Assembly (NCBI GenBank): GCA_000991245.1
Contig: LBRD01000006.1
Coordinates: 39,340 to 103,339, forward strand
DNA from: Parcubacteria group bacterium GW2011_GWC1_36_108
Lineage (GTDB): Bacteria > Patescibacteriota > Minisyncoccia > Moranbacterales > GWC2-37-73
Length of the DNA stretch: 64,000 bases
Reading direction: 5' to 3'
The stretch's first letter is position 1. Each line of letters begins with the position of its first letter. Position numbers and translations under genes: made by a program. A model generated the notes under the pieces. The model had not been told where the DNA came from and did no database searches. It saw only the letters and a list, made by a program, of their open reading frames with translations. Positions 27,969-38,526 of this stretch are shown here, one piece after another.

Positions 27969-28274
27969 TTATATTTCTTTTCCGCATTTCTTGCATACCC
28001 GAACTTTCTTTCCATTAGTTGTTTGATATGAAACTCGAGTTGTCTTTCCGCATCCTGGGCAAATAATCATTGCATTGGAAGCATCGAATGGGGCTGCGAT
28101 TTCAACACGTTGTCCTCGCTGTCCTTCTCGACGAGACTTTTGATGTTTCGTCACAATATTCAATTTTTCAACCACAATTTTTCCCTCGCTTGGCACAGTA
28201 CGAACAACCTTTCCTTGCTTTCCCTTATCTTTGCCAGCTATTTTTTTTACGAGGTCTCCTTTTTTAATTCTCAT
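27969..28274 (-). CDS. rplX: Ribosomal protein uL24 carrying a C4 zinc-ribbon in its C-terminal half
   Basis: MRIKKGDLVKKIAGKDKGKQGKV, then CPGCGKTTRV...VCKKCGK. Confidence 0.85.
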   Translation of the reverse strand: MRIKKGDLVKKIAGKDKGKQGKVVRTVPSEGKIVVEKLNIVTKHQKSRREGQRGQRVEIAAPFDASNAMIICPGCGKTTRVSYQTTNGKKVRVCKKCGKEI

Positions 28275-28303
28275 ATATATATCTTATTTATGGACTGCAA
28301 TTA

Positions 28304-28669
28304 TTATAATACCTCTGGTGCTAATGAAACGATCTTTGAGAAACCTTTTTCACGAAGTTCTCGAGCAATCGGTCCAAAAATACGAGTTCCTTTTGGCTCT
28401 TTATCATTCAAAACCACAGCAGCATTTTCATCAAATCGAATATATGAACCATCTTTTCTGCGAATAGCTTTCTTCGTTCTAACAACCACAGCGCGAATCT
28501 TATCACCTTTTTTTACCAATCCTCGCGGTTCTGAAGATTTTACAGAGCAAACAATAATATCACCAACAGAAGCATAGCGTCTTCTGGTTCCACCAAGAAC
28601 TTTAAAACACTCAATGATTTTTGCTCCTGAGTTATCAGCTGCCTTTAATTTTGTTTCTGCTTGAATCAT
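28304..28669 (-). CDS. rplN: Ribosomal protein uL14
   Basis: [17 protein letters not shown]. Confidence 0.9.
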   Translation of the reverse strand: MIQAETKLKAADNSGAKIIECFKVLGGTRRRYASVGDIIVCSVKSSEPRGLVKKGDKIRAVVVRTKKAIRRKDGSYIRFDENAAVVLNDKEPKGTRIFGPIARELREKGFSKIVSLAPEVL

Positions 28670-28691
28670 ATATTTACTACTATACTAAATG

Positions 28692-28943
28692 TTATGCTAT
28701 TACTGTGTGGCTCTTATCTTTACTGATTGGTCGACACTGAATAAATTCAACCTTTTCGCCTTTCTTAAATTTATTCTCAGCGTCGTGAACCTTATATTTC
28801 ACTGTTGATTTATATTTCTTATGATACTTGGGATGAGTTTTCAATGACTGAACAGCAACAACAATTGTTTTGTCCATTTTATCACTAACAACAACTCCCT
28901 TTTTCTTTGCTAAATTTTTTGTAACATTTGTCATAATAGTCAC
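28692..28943 (-). CDS. rpsQ: Ribosomal protein uS17
   Basis: KGVVVSDKMDKTIVVAV. Confidence 0.9.
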   Translation of the reverse strand: MTIMTNVTKNLAKKKGVVVSDKMDKTIVVAVQSLKTHPKYHKKYKSTVKYKVHDAENKFKKGEKVEFIQCRPISKDKSHTVIA

Positions 28944-28982
28944 TTCGCTAAATTTTAAATTTGAAATTTGAAATTATTGTAA

Positions 28983-29177
28983 TTACTTTTGCTCAGCTCT
29001 TTCTTTTAAGATAGTCAGTGTGCGAGCAATATCAGTTTTTAATGCTCGATATTGTCGATGATTCTTAAGCTGCCGAGCAGCAATATCAAACCTAAGCTTA
29101 ACAGCTTGAGTTCTTTTTTCAGCGAGCATCTTTTTCAGTTGCTCAATATTCATATCTCTAATTTCCTGAATTTTCAT
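28983..29177 (-). CDS. rpmC: Ribosomal protein uL29
   Basis: 64 aa. EIRDMNIEQLKKML. Confidence 0.85.
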   Translation of the reverse strand: MKIQEIRDMNIEQLKKMLAEKRTQAVKLRFDIAARQLKNHRQYRALKTDIARTLTILKERAEQK

Positions 29178-29187
29178 ATATGATTTC

Positions 29188-29601
29188 TTATTTTTCTTTA
29201 ACTACAAACTTTGTCTTAACATTAAGCTTATGAGAGGCTAGTCGCATTGCTTCTTTGGCAATTGCTTCTGTTATACCATCCATTTCAAATAAAACTCTTC
29301 CTTGCTTAGTTTTTGCTACGAAATGATCAACACTTCCTTTTCCCTTACCCATAGGTGTTTCATCACCCTTCTTTGTCATTGGCTTGTCAGGAAAAATTCT
29401 AATCCAAATTTTGCCTCCTCGCTTGACATATCTTGTCATCGCACGACGAGCAGCTTCGATTTGACGTGCAGAAATCAATCCAGAAGTCATAGCCTTGAGT
29501 CCAAAGCTACCAAAACTAACAGTGTTACCAGTTTGGGCAACTCCGCGGATTTCTCCACCTCGATGAATCTTTCTGTGTTTAACTTTTTTCGGCATCAACA
29601 T
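29188..29601 (-). CDS. rplP: Ribosomal protein uL16
   Basis: [16 protein letters not shown]. Confidence 0.9.
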   Translation of the reverse strand: MLMPKKVKHRKIHRGGEIRGVAQTGNTVSFGSFGLKAMTSGLISARQIEAARRAMTRYVKRGGKIWIRIFPDKPMTKKGDETPMGKGKGSVDHFVAKTKQGRVLFEMDGITEAIAKEAMRLASHKLNVKTKFVVKEK

Positions 29602-29639
29602 ATGCGTATCTTTTAATCAAAATGTAAAATTTTTCTTGG

Positions 29640-30287
29640 TTACTCCTTATCAAATACTTCTCCTTTGTACAACCATGTCTTTACTCCAATTGCTCCATAA
29701 GTTGTAAACGCAGTAGCTTTTGAGAAATCAATGTCAGCACGAAGTGTGTGAAGTGGAACTGTTCCACGTGACAACCATTCTCTTCGTGACATTTCTGCTC
29801 CTCCCAATCGTCCAGAAACTTCAATCTTCACTCCTTTAATGTTCTTGTTCTTTTCAACTTGATCCAACATTGATTTTAGAATCCTTCTAAAAGGCACACG
29901 TTTTTCAAGTTGTTCTGCAACATTTTGAGCAACCAATGAAGCATTCTCTTCAAATTGTCTAACTTCTTGAGCTTCAATTCTTAGATCAATCTTCTTTCCT
30001 GCAAAAAATTTAGTTTTAATTGCTGCACTCATATCGCCAATCCCTGTCCCACCTCTTCCAATCAAAACTCCCGGACGAGATGTTTTTATGATCAATTTCA
30101 GCGTATTAGCGCTTCTTTCAATTTCAACATCAGCAATAGCTGCAGATTTCCATTTTTTCATCACAAACTCACGAACCTGAACATCCTCTTTGAGTTTTTT
30201 GGTGTAATCTTTACCAGCAAACCACCTTGATTTCCAAGTTGTTGTGATTCCTAGACGCAGCCCTGTTGGATTGACTTTATGTCCCAT
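29640..30287 (-). CDS. rpsC: Ribosomal protein uS3
   Basis: MGHKVNPTGLRLG and a KH domain. Confidence 0.9.
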   Translation of the reverse strand: MGHKVNPTGLRLGITTTWKSRWFAGKDYTKKLKEDVQVREFVMKKWKSAAIADVEIERSANTLKLIIKTSRPGVLIGRGGTGIGDMSAAIKTKFFAGKKIDLRIEAQEVRQFEENASLVAQNVAEQLEKRVPFRRILKSMLDQVEKNKNIKGVKIEVSGRLGGAEMSRREWLSRGTVPLHTLRADIDFSKATAFTTYGAIGVKTWLYKGEVFDKE

Positions 30288-30350
30288 AATTTTATCTCTA
30301 ATTAACTGTATTTTTTATCATTTATTATCTCTAAAATTCAATGTTTCAAT

Positions 30351-30920
30351 TTATGCTCCAGATTTTCTTTGAAAAACTTTTTTCAAAAATCCACTATCTT
30401 GTCCTTTCTTTATTGTTTCTTTGCTAGCGGTAGTTTTTTTAGCAACAGTTTTTTCCTGAACAACTTCCTCACCAGCTTCTGCTTTTTCCATTTCCGCTAC
30501 AGCTTCTTTCATCGCTTTGGTTCTAGCAGCTTCATTTTCAGCTTTTTGTTTATCCAATTCGGCTTTTGTCTTCTTGTTTTTTCCTTCTATTCTTTCTTCC
30601 AATTCCAGTTTAATATGAGATGTTCTTTTCAAAAGCAATGTTGCTCGTCCCTGAGCTCTCGGAAGCCATCTCTTAAGTTTAGCTCCTTCTCCCACGAGAA
30701 TACTGCTAACAAACATATTTTCTTTGTCCAATCCAAAATTATTTTCAGCATTTGACAAAGCACTGTTCAATAGTTTCTCCAAAGGTTCACTTGTCTTTTT
30801 TACAAGATGATGAAGCTGAACAAGAGCTGCGCTTGCATTCATTCCGACAATGCTGTTTGTTACCAAACGAACTTTTCGCGGAGATGTTCTTAAATTGTTG
30901 AGTGATGCTATTACTTTCAT
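30351..30920 (-). CDS. rplV: Ribosomal protein uL22 with a ~75-aa Lys/Glu-rich C-terminal extension
   Basis: uL22 core in the first ~110 aa, then a KAELDKQKAENEAARTKAMKEA...-type tail. Confidence 0.85.
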   Translation of the reverse strand: MKVIASLNNLRTSPRKVRLVTNSIVGMNASAALVQLHHLVKKTSEPLEKLLNSALSNAENNFGLDKENMFVSSILVGEGAKLKRWLPRAQGRATLLLKRTSHIKLELEERIEGKNKKTKAELDKQKAENEAARTKAMKEAVAEMEKAEAGEEVVQEKTVAKKTTASKETIKKGQDSGFLKKVFQRKSGA

Positions 30921-30972
30921 AATAATATATATGTCTCTAATTTACACTAATTTCTAATTATATCCTTCCAAT

Positions 30973-31314
30973 TTATTTCTTTTTTGCTGGAGCATCATTC
31001 TTAGCGGCCTTTACAGCATCTTGTTGTTTCTGTTTAGCTGCTTGTTCCATTTCTTTCTGCATCTTACCTCCATGACGAGTGAACTTACGAGTTGGAGAAA
31101 ACTCTCCAAGTCTGTGTCCAACCATTTCTTCGGTAACATATACTGCAGTGTGCTCTCGTCCATTGTGAACTCCGAATGTAAATCCGATCATTTCAGGTGC
31201 AATTGTACAAGCTCGAGACCAAGTTTTAATTGTTCCTTCACCAGCTTTTGCATTTAAAACTTTTTTCATTACTCGTGGATCAACGTATGGTCCTTTCTTT
31301 AAACTTCTTGACAT
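30973..31314 (-). CDS. rpsS: Ribosomal protein uS19 (C-terminal basic extension)
   Basis: [12 protein letters not shown]...GHRLGEF. Confidence 0.9.
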   Translation of the reverse strand: MSRSLKKGPYVDPRVMKKVLNAKAGEGTIKTWSRACTIAPEMIGFTFGVHNGREHTAVYVTEEMVGHRLGEFSPTRKFTRHGGKMQKEMEQAAKQKQQDAVKAAKNDAPAKKK

Positions 31315-31374
31315 ATTTTTCTTTAATTAGTTCATTAATCTCTCTAAAAGAGAAATCATTTTAACTATTTTTAA

Positions 31375-32205
31375 CTATTTCTTAATCCTTCGTTTTACAA
31401 TAAATTTATCACTATATCTATTCTTCTTTCTTGTTTTCTTTCCAAGTGCAGGTTTTCCCCAAGGAGTTTTAGGATATTTAAGTCCAATTCCTTGTTTACC
31501 TTCTCCTCCTCCGTGTGGATGATCAACAGGATTCATTGCTGATCCTCGAACTTCCGGTCTCTTTCCTTTCCACCTGTTTCTTCCAGCTTTACCAAGTGTT
31601 TCAGCACTATGTTCAAAATTGCTCACTTTTCCAATGGTTGCGTAACATTCTTTGCTTACAATTCTGATTTCTCCAGATGACATCTTAAGTTGTGCCATTT
31701 TTTCATCAATAGCCATCAGAATTGCACCAGATCCAGCGCTACGAGTGATTTGTCCACCTTTTCCAGCAATCAATTCAATATTTGAAATAGCTGTTCCTGA
31801 TGGAATATTTTTCAAAACCGTACGATTTCCTTTTTTAATCGGAGCGTCCACGCCAGACATAATTTCCATTCCAGCTTTCATCCCTTCCGTAGCTAAGATA
31901 TATTTTTTGTCTCCATCAATATATGAGATAAGAGCAATCAGCGCGCTTCTGTTAGGATCTTTTTCAATTGCAACAACTCGTCCAAGCACACCAAATTTCT
32001 GTTGCTTGAAATCTACCAAACGATATCGTCTTTTGTGTCCACCTCCTTGATGACGGGTTGAGATCTTTCCGTGAGATCGTCCAGCTTTCTGAGTCATCGG
32101 TGCAAGCAGGGATTTCTCAGGTTTTTTGTCAGTCAAATTATCAGGTTTAACAATAGACATATTTCGTCTACCAGCTGTATTTTTTTTGTATACTTTAATT
32201 GCCAT
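31375..32205 (-). CDS. rplB: Ribosomal protein uL2
   Basis: 276 aa. Conserved uL2 C-terminal HPHGGGEGK. Confidence 0.9.
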   Translation of the reverse strand: MAIKVYKKNTAGRRNMSIVKPDNLTDKKPEKSLLAPMTQKAGRSHGKISTRHQGGGHKRRYRLVDFKQQKFGVLGRVVAIEKDPNRSALIALISYIDGDKKYILATEGMKAGMEIMSGVDAPIKKGNRTVLKNIPSGTAISNIELIAGKGGQITRSAGSGAILMAIDEKMAQLKMSSGEIRIVSKECYATIGKVSNFEHSAETLGKAGRNRWKGKRPEVRGSAMNPVDHPHGGGEGKQGIGLKYPKTPWGKPALGKKTRKKNRYSDKFIVKRRIKK

Positions 32206-32282
32206 ATCTTTCTTAACTCATGGAACATGGAGCATGGAACATGCATTCTTGCTCTATGTTTTATGTTATGTGTTCTATGTTA

Positions 32283-32681
32283 TTATGCTCCTTGAAATAA
32301 TTCAATCTTATCTCCCTGTTTCAATGTTACTGTTGCTTTTTTGAATCCTGCCTTTGTCCCCATATGACGACCATATGCTTTCTTTTTAGACTTGATGTTC
32401 ACAACACTAACTTTTTCAACTTTCACACTATACATTCCCTCAATTGCCAATTTCACTTGTTTTTTTGTTGCGCTGTGGATAACCTTGAAAGTATACTTAT
32501 TGTCAGCCATTGCTTTGTGAGTCTTTTCAGTAATCCAAGGTTCAGTAAGAACACGATATGCAATATCCGAATTTTTTGCAGCAACAATCACTTCTTTTTT
32601 GTCAGCAGCCTTTTTAACTGCTTTCTTAACAGTCGGCTTTGAAGGGGTTGCTAATTCTTTTTTTTCTTCTATTACTGCCAT
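32283..32681 (-). CDS. rplW: Ribosomal protein uL23 (N-terminal extension)
   Basis: YRVLTEPWITEKTH...KVIHSATKKQVKLAIE. Confidence 0.85.
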   Translation of the reverse strand: MAVIEEKKELATPSKPTVKKAVKKAADKKEVIVAAKNSDIAYRVLTEPWITEKTHKAMADNKYTFKVIHSATKKQVKLAIEGMYSVKVEKVSVVNIKSKKKAYGRHMGTKAGFKKATVTLKQGDKIELFQGA

Positions 32682-32782
32682 ATATTTAACTTATAACTCA
32701 CAACTTACAACCGACAACGGTCTTCTCATCTTAATTGTGATTTTTCTTGTTGTTAGTTGTTAGTTGTTAGTGGTTTGTTAAT

Positions 32783-33412
32783 TTATTTTGCAAACTTTTC
32801 TTCCAAAAATGCAATCGAGGCTTTGCTCAAAAGCAAAAACTTATTGTTCAGCAAATCCATTACATTTAAATCTTTCGTTTCAATATTTGAAATATTCTTA
32901 AGGTTTCTGCTGATAACTGAAGTTTTCTTTTCCTCCTCAGAGAAAGAAACTAAAACTTTTCCAGTCAACTTAAGATTTTTCAAAATCTGATCAAACTCTT
33001 TTGTCTTTGCTTTCGCAACTGCCAATGAATCAATCGCAATCAAAGTTCCACTGCGAAGTTTTTCACTGATCGCAATAACAACTGCTTTTTGCTTCATTTT
33101 CTTATTTAAATCTCTCTTGAAATTTCTTTCATTAGTTGGACCAAAAGCAACACCTCCGCCTTTCATCACAGGATTTCTCTTTTGCCCTTGTCTAGCTGAG
33201 CCAGTTCCTTTTTGTTTAAAAGGTTTCTTGCCAGATCCTGCAACTTCACTTTTATCCTTGGTGTGTGCAATTGGATTTCGCTGATTTCCAGCAATAACCA
33301 TAAAAACCTGATGCAGCAACTCATCATTTGCTTTTGCACCAAAAACAGCATCCTTGACTTCCAGATCTTCTATTTTTTTTCCTTCTTGATTGTGAATAGC
33401 AATTGTAGCCAT
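32783..33412 (-). CDS. rplD: Ribosomal protein uL4
   Basis: KPFKQKGTGSARQG. Confidence 0.9.
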   Translation of the reverse strand: MATIAIHNQEGKKIEDLEVKDAVFGAKANDELLHQVFMVIAGNQRNPIAHTKDKSEVAGSGKKPFKQKGTGSARQGQKRNPVMKGGGVAFGPTNERNFKRDLNKKMKQKAVVIAISEKLRSGTLIAIDSLAVAKAKTKEFDQILKNLKLTGKVLVSFSEEEKKTSVISRNLKNISNIETKDLNVMDLLNNKFLLLSKASIAFLEEKFAK

Positions 33413-33467
33413 AATATTCTCGCTTCGCTAAATTTTAAATTCTAAATTCTAAATTTTAAATTGATAT

Positions 33468-34034
33468 CTATGCTCTTACTTCAACGATTCTTCCAACAAC
33501 TCCTGGCACTGCACCTAAAACTCCCATAATGCTTCTTTCGGTGTCAATATATACAATTTTGATTCCCTTGGTTGTTGATCTTTTTCCTCCCATTCGTCCA
33601 GCCATTCTCTTTCCTTTGATAACGTGTTGTGGTTGCTGAGCACCAATTGATCCAGGAGCTCTGTTGTCATGCTTATGACCGTGTGTTGCAGGAGAACCAG
33701 CAAATCCATGTCGTTTTACAACTCCTTGAAATCCCTTTCCTTTTGCAATACCACTGATTTGAACTTCATCCCCGATTGCGAAAGTTTCAACTGTGATTTG
33801 GTCACCAACAGCAACTTTTGCATCTTCGTCCAAACGAAATTCTTTTCTATGAGTAACATTCTTAGTTTTAGCAAGTTCCAATTGAACTGCAGAATAACCA
33901 TTTTTTTCCTGTGTTCGAATTACTGAAACAGTATTCACTGGACATTCAATCAAAGTCACATTAAGTGCTCCCTGCTCTTTGTCATACAGTGTGGTCATTC
34001 CCAATTTTTTCCCTAAAATATATTTTATATACAT
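33468..34034 (-). CDS. rplC: Ribosomal protein uL3
   Basis: Start trimmed to MYIKYILGKKLGMTTLYD. The upstream 19 codons of the ORF are likely spurious. Confidence 0.85.
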   Translation of the reverse strand: MYIKYILGKKLGMTTLYDKEQGALNVTLIECPVNTVSVIRTQEKNGYSAVQLELAKTKNVTHRKEFRLDEDAKVAVGDQITVETFAIGDEVQISGIAKGKGFQGVVKRHGFAGSPATHGHKHDNRAPGSIGAQQPQHVIKGKRMAGRMGGKRSTTKGIKIVYIDTERSIMGVLGAVPGVVGRIVEVRA

Positions 34035-34258
34035 ATTGTTCTTTATAAAGCGTTTCTTGATAAAAAAAATCTGGCTTCTCAGCCAGCACAACTCAAGATT
34101 TCTCTCGTATTGGCTAGTTGAGTATCCCGATTTATCAGGACTTTAACTAGTATTTCTTCTGTTTTTTCTAACTTATCTATATTAAACCATTTTCTAAAAT
34201 AATGCAAGCCCTCGGCTTATCCGTGAAAATTCGTCTGCAATTCGTAAAATTCGTGTTT

Positions 34259-34591
34259 TTACATCTTTATCTCAACATCAACTCCAGCTGGCAAGTCAAG
34301 ACTTGTTAGATTTTCAATCGTTTTTGGAGTTGGATCCCAGATATCAATCAAACGTTTGTGAATTCGCATTTCGTATTGGTCTCGAGCATCCTTATACACA
34401 AATGTTGACTTATTCACAGTAACTTTATGAATTTCTGTAGGAAGTGGTACAGGACCAGTGAAACTAGAGCCAGAGCGCTCAACCGTTTCTGCAATTTTAC
34501 GAGCAGACTGATCAATAACCTTACTATCGTAAGCCTTGATCTTGATTCTGATTCTTGTAGCTTGTTCGTTTTCTGTTTTTTTCGCAGCCAT
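34259..34591 (-). CDS. rpsJ: Ribosomal protein uS10
   Basis: [10 protein letters not shown]...SGPVPLPT. Confidence 0.9.
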   Translation of the reverse strand: MAAKKTENEQATRIRIKIKAYDSKVIDQSARKIAETVERSGSSFTGPVPLPTEIHKVTVNKSTFVYKDARDQYEMRIHKRLIDIWDPTPKTIENLTSLDLPAGVDVEIKM

Positions 34592-34692
34592 CTGATTCTT
34601 TTGTGATAAACAATTTAAATTACAATTTTTACTTTATTCTAGTAAACACTAGCAGACACAAGCTAATTGTGTCTGCAAAGTTTTCTCGAACC

Positions 34693-35886
34693 TTATTTTA
34701 TGATTTTTGTTGCAACTCCAGCACCAACAGTCTTTCCACCTTCGCGAATTGCGAATCTCATTCCTTCTGCCATAGCTACAGGAGCGATCAATTTGATAAC
34801 CAAGTTGATTGTGTCTCCAGGCATAACCATCTCAGTTCCTTCTGGAAGCACAACTTCTCCAGTTACATCAGTTGTTCGGATGTAGAATTGAGGTTTATAT
34901 CCTTTGAAGAATGGAGTATGTCGTCCACCTTCTTCTTTTGTCAAAATGTAAATTTCACCTTCGAATTCAGTATGAGGAGTGATTGAACCAGTCTTAGCCA
35001 AAACTTGTCCGCGTTCAACATCTTCCTTTTTAATTCCACGAATCAAAAGTCCAGCATTGTCTCCAGCTTGTCCCTTATCAAGTGATTTGTTGAACATTTC
35101 GATTCCAGTCACAACTGTTTTTGCAGTTGGACGAAGACCAACGATTTCAACTTCTTCATTGATGTTGATTGTTCCTGATTCGATTCTTCCAGTTACCACT
35201 GTTCCACGACCTTCAATTGAGAAGATATCTTCAATAGGCATAAGGAAAGGTTTTTCTGTTTCACGAACAGGTTCTGGAATTTGAGCATCCAAAGCAGCCA
35301 TAAGGTCATAGATTGGCTTCACAACTGCATCATCAATTGATTTTGCTGTCAAAGCTTGAGTTGCTGATCCACGGATAACTGCTGCGTTATCACCATCAAA
35401 TTCATATTTTGAAAGAAGTTCACGAACTTCAGCTTCAACAAGCTCAATAAGTTCCTCATCATCAACCATATCAACCTTATTGATGAAAACAACGATTGCA
35501 GGTACACCAATTTGTTTTGCAAGCAAGATGTGTTCACGTGTTTGAGGCATAGGACCATCAGTAGCAGAAACTACCAAGATTGCTCCATCCATTTGAGCAG
35601 CACCAGTAATCATGTTTTTGATGTAATCAGCATGTCCTGGGCAGTCTACGTGAGCGTAATGACGAACGTCTGTTTCGTATTCACAATGTGAAGTAGCGAT
35701 AGTAATTCCACGTTCTCTTTCTTCTGGAGCATTATCAATTTCACCAACTCCTCTTTCTTTTGCAAATCCTTTCAAAAATTGACCATGAAGAATAGCCGCG
35801 GTCAAAGTTGTCTTGCCGTGGTCAACGTGTCCAATTGTTCCTACGTTTACATGTGGTTTTGTTCGTTCAAACTTTTCTACTGCCAT
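34693..35886 (-). CDS. tuf: Elongation factor Tu
   Basis: [26 protein letters not shown]. Confidence 0.95.
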   Translation of the reverse strand: MAVEKFERTKPHVNVGTIGHVDHGKTTLTAAILHGQFLKGFAKERGVGEIDNAPEERERGITIATSHCEYETDVRHYAHVDCPGHADYIKNMITGAAQMDGAILVVSATDGPMPQTREHILLAKQIGVPAIVVFINKVDMVDDEELIELVEAEVRELLSKYEFDGDNAAVIRGSATQALTAKSIDDAVVKPIYDLMAALDAQIPEPVRETEKPFLMPIEDIFSIEGRGTVVTGRIESGTININEEVEIVGLRPTAKTVVTGIEMFNKSLDKGQAGDNAGLLIRGIKKEDVERGQVLAKTGSITPHTEFEGEIYILTKEEGGRHTPFFKGYKPQFYIRTTDVTGEVVLPEGTEMVMPGDTINLVIKLIAPVAMAEGMRFAIREGGKTVGAGVATKIIK

Positions 35887-36223
35887 AGTGTTTTTTTCGC
35901 TATTCCCTGCGAGCTATTTTTGCTCAAGAGTGCGATTGTTTAAAGATGATTTATTATTTAATATAACATGGATTTACTCTTAATTGCAAATCCAAAAAAT
36001 TCCTTTTGCGGAAATTAGATACTTAATTACTTTACACGAATAGAAAATATCTGTCAAGGGCTGAAGATTAGCTTTTTAGGCATTAGCTTTTTAGCTTTTC
36101 AGTTAACGAATTTTTTGGCTTATTTAAAGCATCTTTTACAGATAATAGTTCATGCCAAATTCAAAATATCCACACATCTGCATAGTTATATATTGTTATT
36201 AAAATCATTGACTAAATATTGAT

Positions 36224-36259
36224 ACAAAAAGCTATCAACCCAATAAGGCCGATAGCTTT
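36224..36259 (-). terminator. Terminator for the coiled-coil gene
   Basis: AAAGCTATC...GATAGCTTT 9-bp stem, followed by a T-run on the minus strand. Confidence 0.6.
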
Positions 36260-36285
36260 ATAAAAGAAAGGTGTTTTTACTGTGC

Positions 36286-36642
36286 TTACTGAGAATATGA
36301 ATGTTTTTCCAGTTTGACGACGCGTTTTTCAAGTTTCTCAAATTGTTCAGCGTCAACCTTGCGTTTCAGTTCAAATTTCACCTCTACCATATCGTCTTGC
36401 AATCTGTCGATTTTTGTTTCGACTAATTCGAGTCGACCCTCAACACCACCAAGCCTAACTTCCACCTTTTCAAGTCTGTTCTCAACTTTTTCCAGCCTAT
36501 TATCTATACCATCAAGACGAACATTAGTCCCTGATTGAGCTTCAGCCAGTATCTTAATAGAATCATCCATTCTTTCAAGAATAGAGCCGATTTGATTTAC
36601 TGTGAAAACTTTTTCTTCTTTTGTTTGAGATGTATTTTTCAT
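36286..36642 (-). CDS. Hypothetical coiled-coil protein with RLEKVE-type heptad repeats
   Basis: IDNRLEKVENRLEKVEVRLGGVEGRLELVETKIDRL. Confidence 0.5.
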   Translation of the reverse strand: MKNTSQTKEEKVFTVNQIGSILERMDDSIKILAEAQSGTNVRLDGIDNRLEKVENRLEKVEVRLGGVEGRLELVETKIDRLQDDMVEVKFELKRKVDAEQFEKLEKRVVKLEKHSYSQ

Positions 36643-36681
36643 GTTTGTATTTTATAACTATAAATTAGGTGCGTCAAACCT

Positions 36682-36753
36682 GCCCCGTGAAATTGTTTAC
36701 CCTATTGAATTTATTTTATTCAATAGGGCGGTACTCAGCACTATTTCACTGGG
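36682..36753. other. Structured leader element, copy b (40 nt upstream of the coiled-coil gene)
   Basis: CCCCGTGAAAT...[CCCTATTGAAT-loop-ATTCAATAGGG]...ATTTCACTGGGG. Confidence 0.7.
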
Positions 36754-36764
36754 GTCAATTTTAA

Positions 36765-37031
36765 TCACTGCAAATAAGTTTTTGCTTCTTCGAGCGTTGC
36801 AATGAAATTTGCAGTGTGATCCTTAAAAATCATCACGCGATTGGTCACATTTTCACCCTTTTGATTCTTATACGAATCAGTAATGGTCAGATAGTTGCTA
36901 CCATTACTAGCTTTTTTCACATCAAAGAAATAATTTTTACCCCCAGCGCGCAGCATTTTTGAAAACACGCTTTCTTTGATTTTGTTTTCTCCGTTATAGG
37001 TGGCTGATTGGTTTTGATTTTGGTTATACAT
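36765..37031 (-). CDS. Small nucleic-acid-binding-like protein (PUR-alpha / DUF3276-like). Tentative.
   Basis: GGKNYFFDVKKASNGSNYLTITDS...RVMIFKDH...ATLEEA repeat pattern. Start trimmed to MYNQNQ. Confidence 0.3.
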   Translation of the reverse strand: MYNQNQNQSATYNGENKIKESVFSKMLRAGGKNYFFDVKKASNGSNYLTITDSYKNQKGENVTNRVMIFKDHTANFIATLEEAKTYLQ

Positions 37032-37328
37032 ATAAATTGACTTACAACTAACAATTCCCAACCAACAACACACTAATGCAAACTAGCTGCACACATGTAT
37101 TGTGGTTAAAAGTTATTAGTTATGAGTTGTGAATTATTGGTTGTTAGTTGTTTGTTATAAGTTGTTAGTTATTCATAAGCCTGGCCACTGCTCATAGTGA
37201 TATCATAGCACTTACCCAATATCACTGCAAGCATCAACGGCTGTGGATAACTTGGGGTAGGTTTTAGGTGTTAGGTTGTAGCTATTAGGTTTACAAAAAA
37301 ACAGCCCTTGCGAGCTGATTTTAGAGAT

Positions 37329-37349
37329 GGGTATTTAAATGGGTATTTA
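37329..37349. repeat. GGGTATTTAAAT(GGGTATTTA) near-palindromic motif, copy 1
   Basis: Direct reading. Confidence 0.8.
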
Positions 37350-37351
37350 TT

Positions 37352-37738
37352 TTATAAAGTCTCTATCCATTTGTCATCAATGAGTTTAAGCACTGACTGA
37401 CCACTGATTGGAATTTCATCCTCATTAAAATATGTGACATGAACTGCGGTCTCAGATGCAGAGCCTCCTGCAAGCCCCCTCGCTTTATAATCACCTTTTC
37501 TGATGTATGAATATTCCACGCTGCCTCCATCTTCTTGCGTAATTTTAATTTCCCAAAGATAAAGTCCTTGCTCATCTTCCAATTTACGACGAGTTTCAAA
37601 TTTAAGCTCACCCAATATTTTTTCAAATAATGAGCAAACCTCTTCCAAATTTGGAATATGCTCAGGAGTTGGAATATTTTCCGGTATAAAATTTTTAAGC
37701 GGTTCAGCAAATGGATTGTTTGAAAATTTTTCAGACAT
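37352..37738 (-). CDS. Hypothetical protein (island cassette gene)
   Basis: Start trimmed to MSEKFSNNPF. The ORF N-terminus MMIIVQLNTHLNTHL is a translation of the repeat motif. Flanked on both sides by the GGTGGGTATTTAAAT motif. Confidence 0.4.
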   Translation of the reverse strand: MSEKFSNNPFAEPLKNFIPENIPTPEHIPNLEEVCSLFEKILGELKFETRRKLEDEQGLYLWEIKITQEDGGSVEYSYIRKGDYKARGLAGGSASETAVHVTYFNEDEIPISGQSVLKLIDDKWIETL

Positions 37739-37758
37739 ATTTTTTTCTAAAATTTTTA

Positions 37759-37782
37759 GGTGGGTATTTAAATGAGTATTTA
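37759..37782. repeat. GGTGGGTATTTAAATGAGTATTTA motif, copy 2
   Basis: Direct reading. Confidence 0.8.
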
Positions 37783-37797
37783 ATTGCACAATAATCA

Positions 37798-38505
37798 TCA
37801 TTTCAGACCTATGATTGCAATCATCGCATCAACGAATGGCGTTTTATCCCTTCGAAAAGAGAACAGATTATCCGCTTCAAAAGTACAGGTCTCATTATTT
37901 TCAATATTGGTTTCTTTTATGCCCAGCCCCGTAAGTTGTTTTTTGATTATACTCTTGAGGTCTACAAACATTTTGCCGTCTCTTTTAGTGATAAATTCAT
38001 GATAATCCGCAAACGATTCCAACGCATCAGCCTTTATCTCAAAATGGCATTCATTTATTCCTGGTCCTAGTGCAACAAACAAATCATTTTTATTTCCACC
38101 CAAGCTTGAAATTCCATCCACTGTGTTTTTCAATACATCCCCAACAATACCTCTCCAACCAGCATGCGCAAGAGCAACAATTCCCTTTTCTTTTTCATAG
38201 AAAAATACCGGCACGCAGTCAGCAATCGTTATTGCAAGAAACGCGCCTTTTTCAGTTGTGATTAAGGCATCGGTCTTTGTGATGATTTTCGTTTCGGCAT
38301 CAGTCACAACTTCAACATGATTACCGTGAACCAAATTGGCACTGACCACCGCACCACCATCAATTCCAAACTTTTCAAAAAATAATTCTCGATTTTTCTG
38401 ATTTTTCCTTCTAATTGCCTCATCTGAAGCAATTCTCAATGAGCCGTCTTCCTTTTCGGACATAATAGCTGTGAGTTCGGGAAATTGTTCAAAAAAATTC
38501 AACAT
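37798..38505 (-). CDS. pgeF: YfiH/PgeF (DUF152) laccase-domain protein
   Basis: HGNHVEVV and CVPVFFYEKEKGIVALAHAGWRG. Confidence 0.8.
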   Translation of the reverse strand: MLNFFEQFPELTAIMSEKEDGSLRIASDEAIRRKNQKNRELFFEKFGIDGGAVVSANLVHGNHVEVVTDAETKIITKTDALITTEKGAFLAITIADCVPVFFYEKEKGIVALAHAGWRGIVGDVLKNTVDGISSLGGNKNDLFVALGPGINECHFEIKADALESFADYHEFITKRDGKMFVDLKSIIKKQLTGLGIKETNIENNETCTFEADNLFSFRRDKTPFVDAMIAIIGLK

Positions 38506-38526
38506 ATTATTTTAGCAGATAGGTGT

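Noticed and set aside
28110-28577. 155-aa plus-strand ORF
   Set aside because: Antisense to rplX/rplN.
35887-36285. tRNA genes upstream of tuf (common in other bacteria)
   Set aside because: Region is AT-rich with no cloverleaf-compatible GC-rich 70-90-nt segment or T-arm consensus. No tRNA or rRNA signature seen anywhere in the window.
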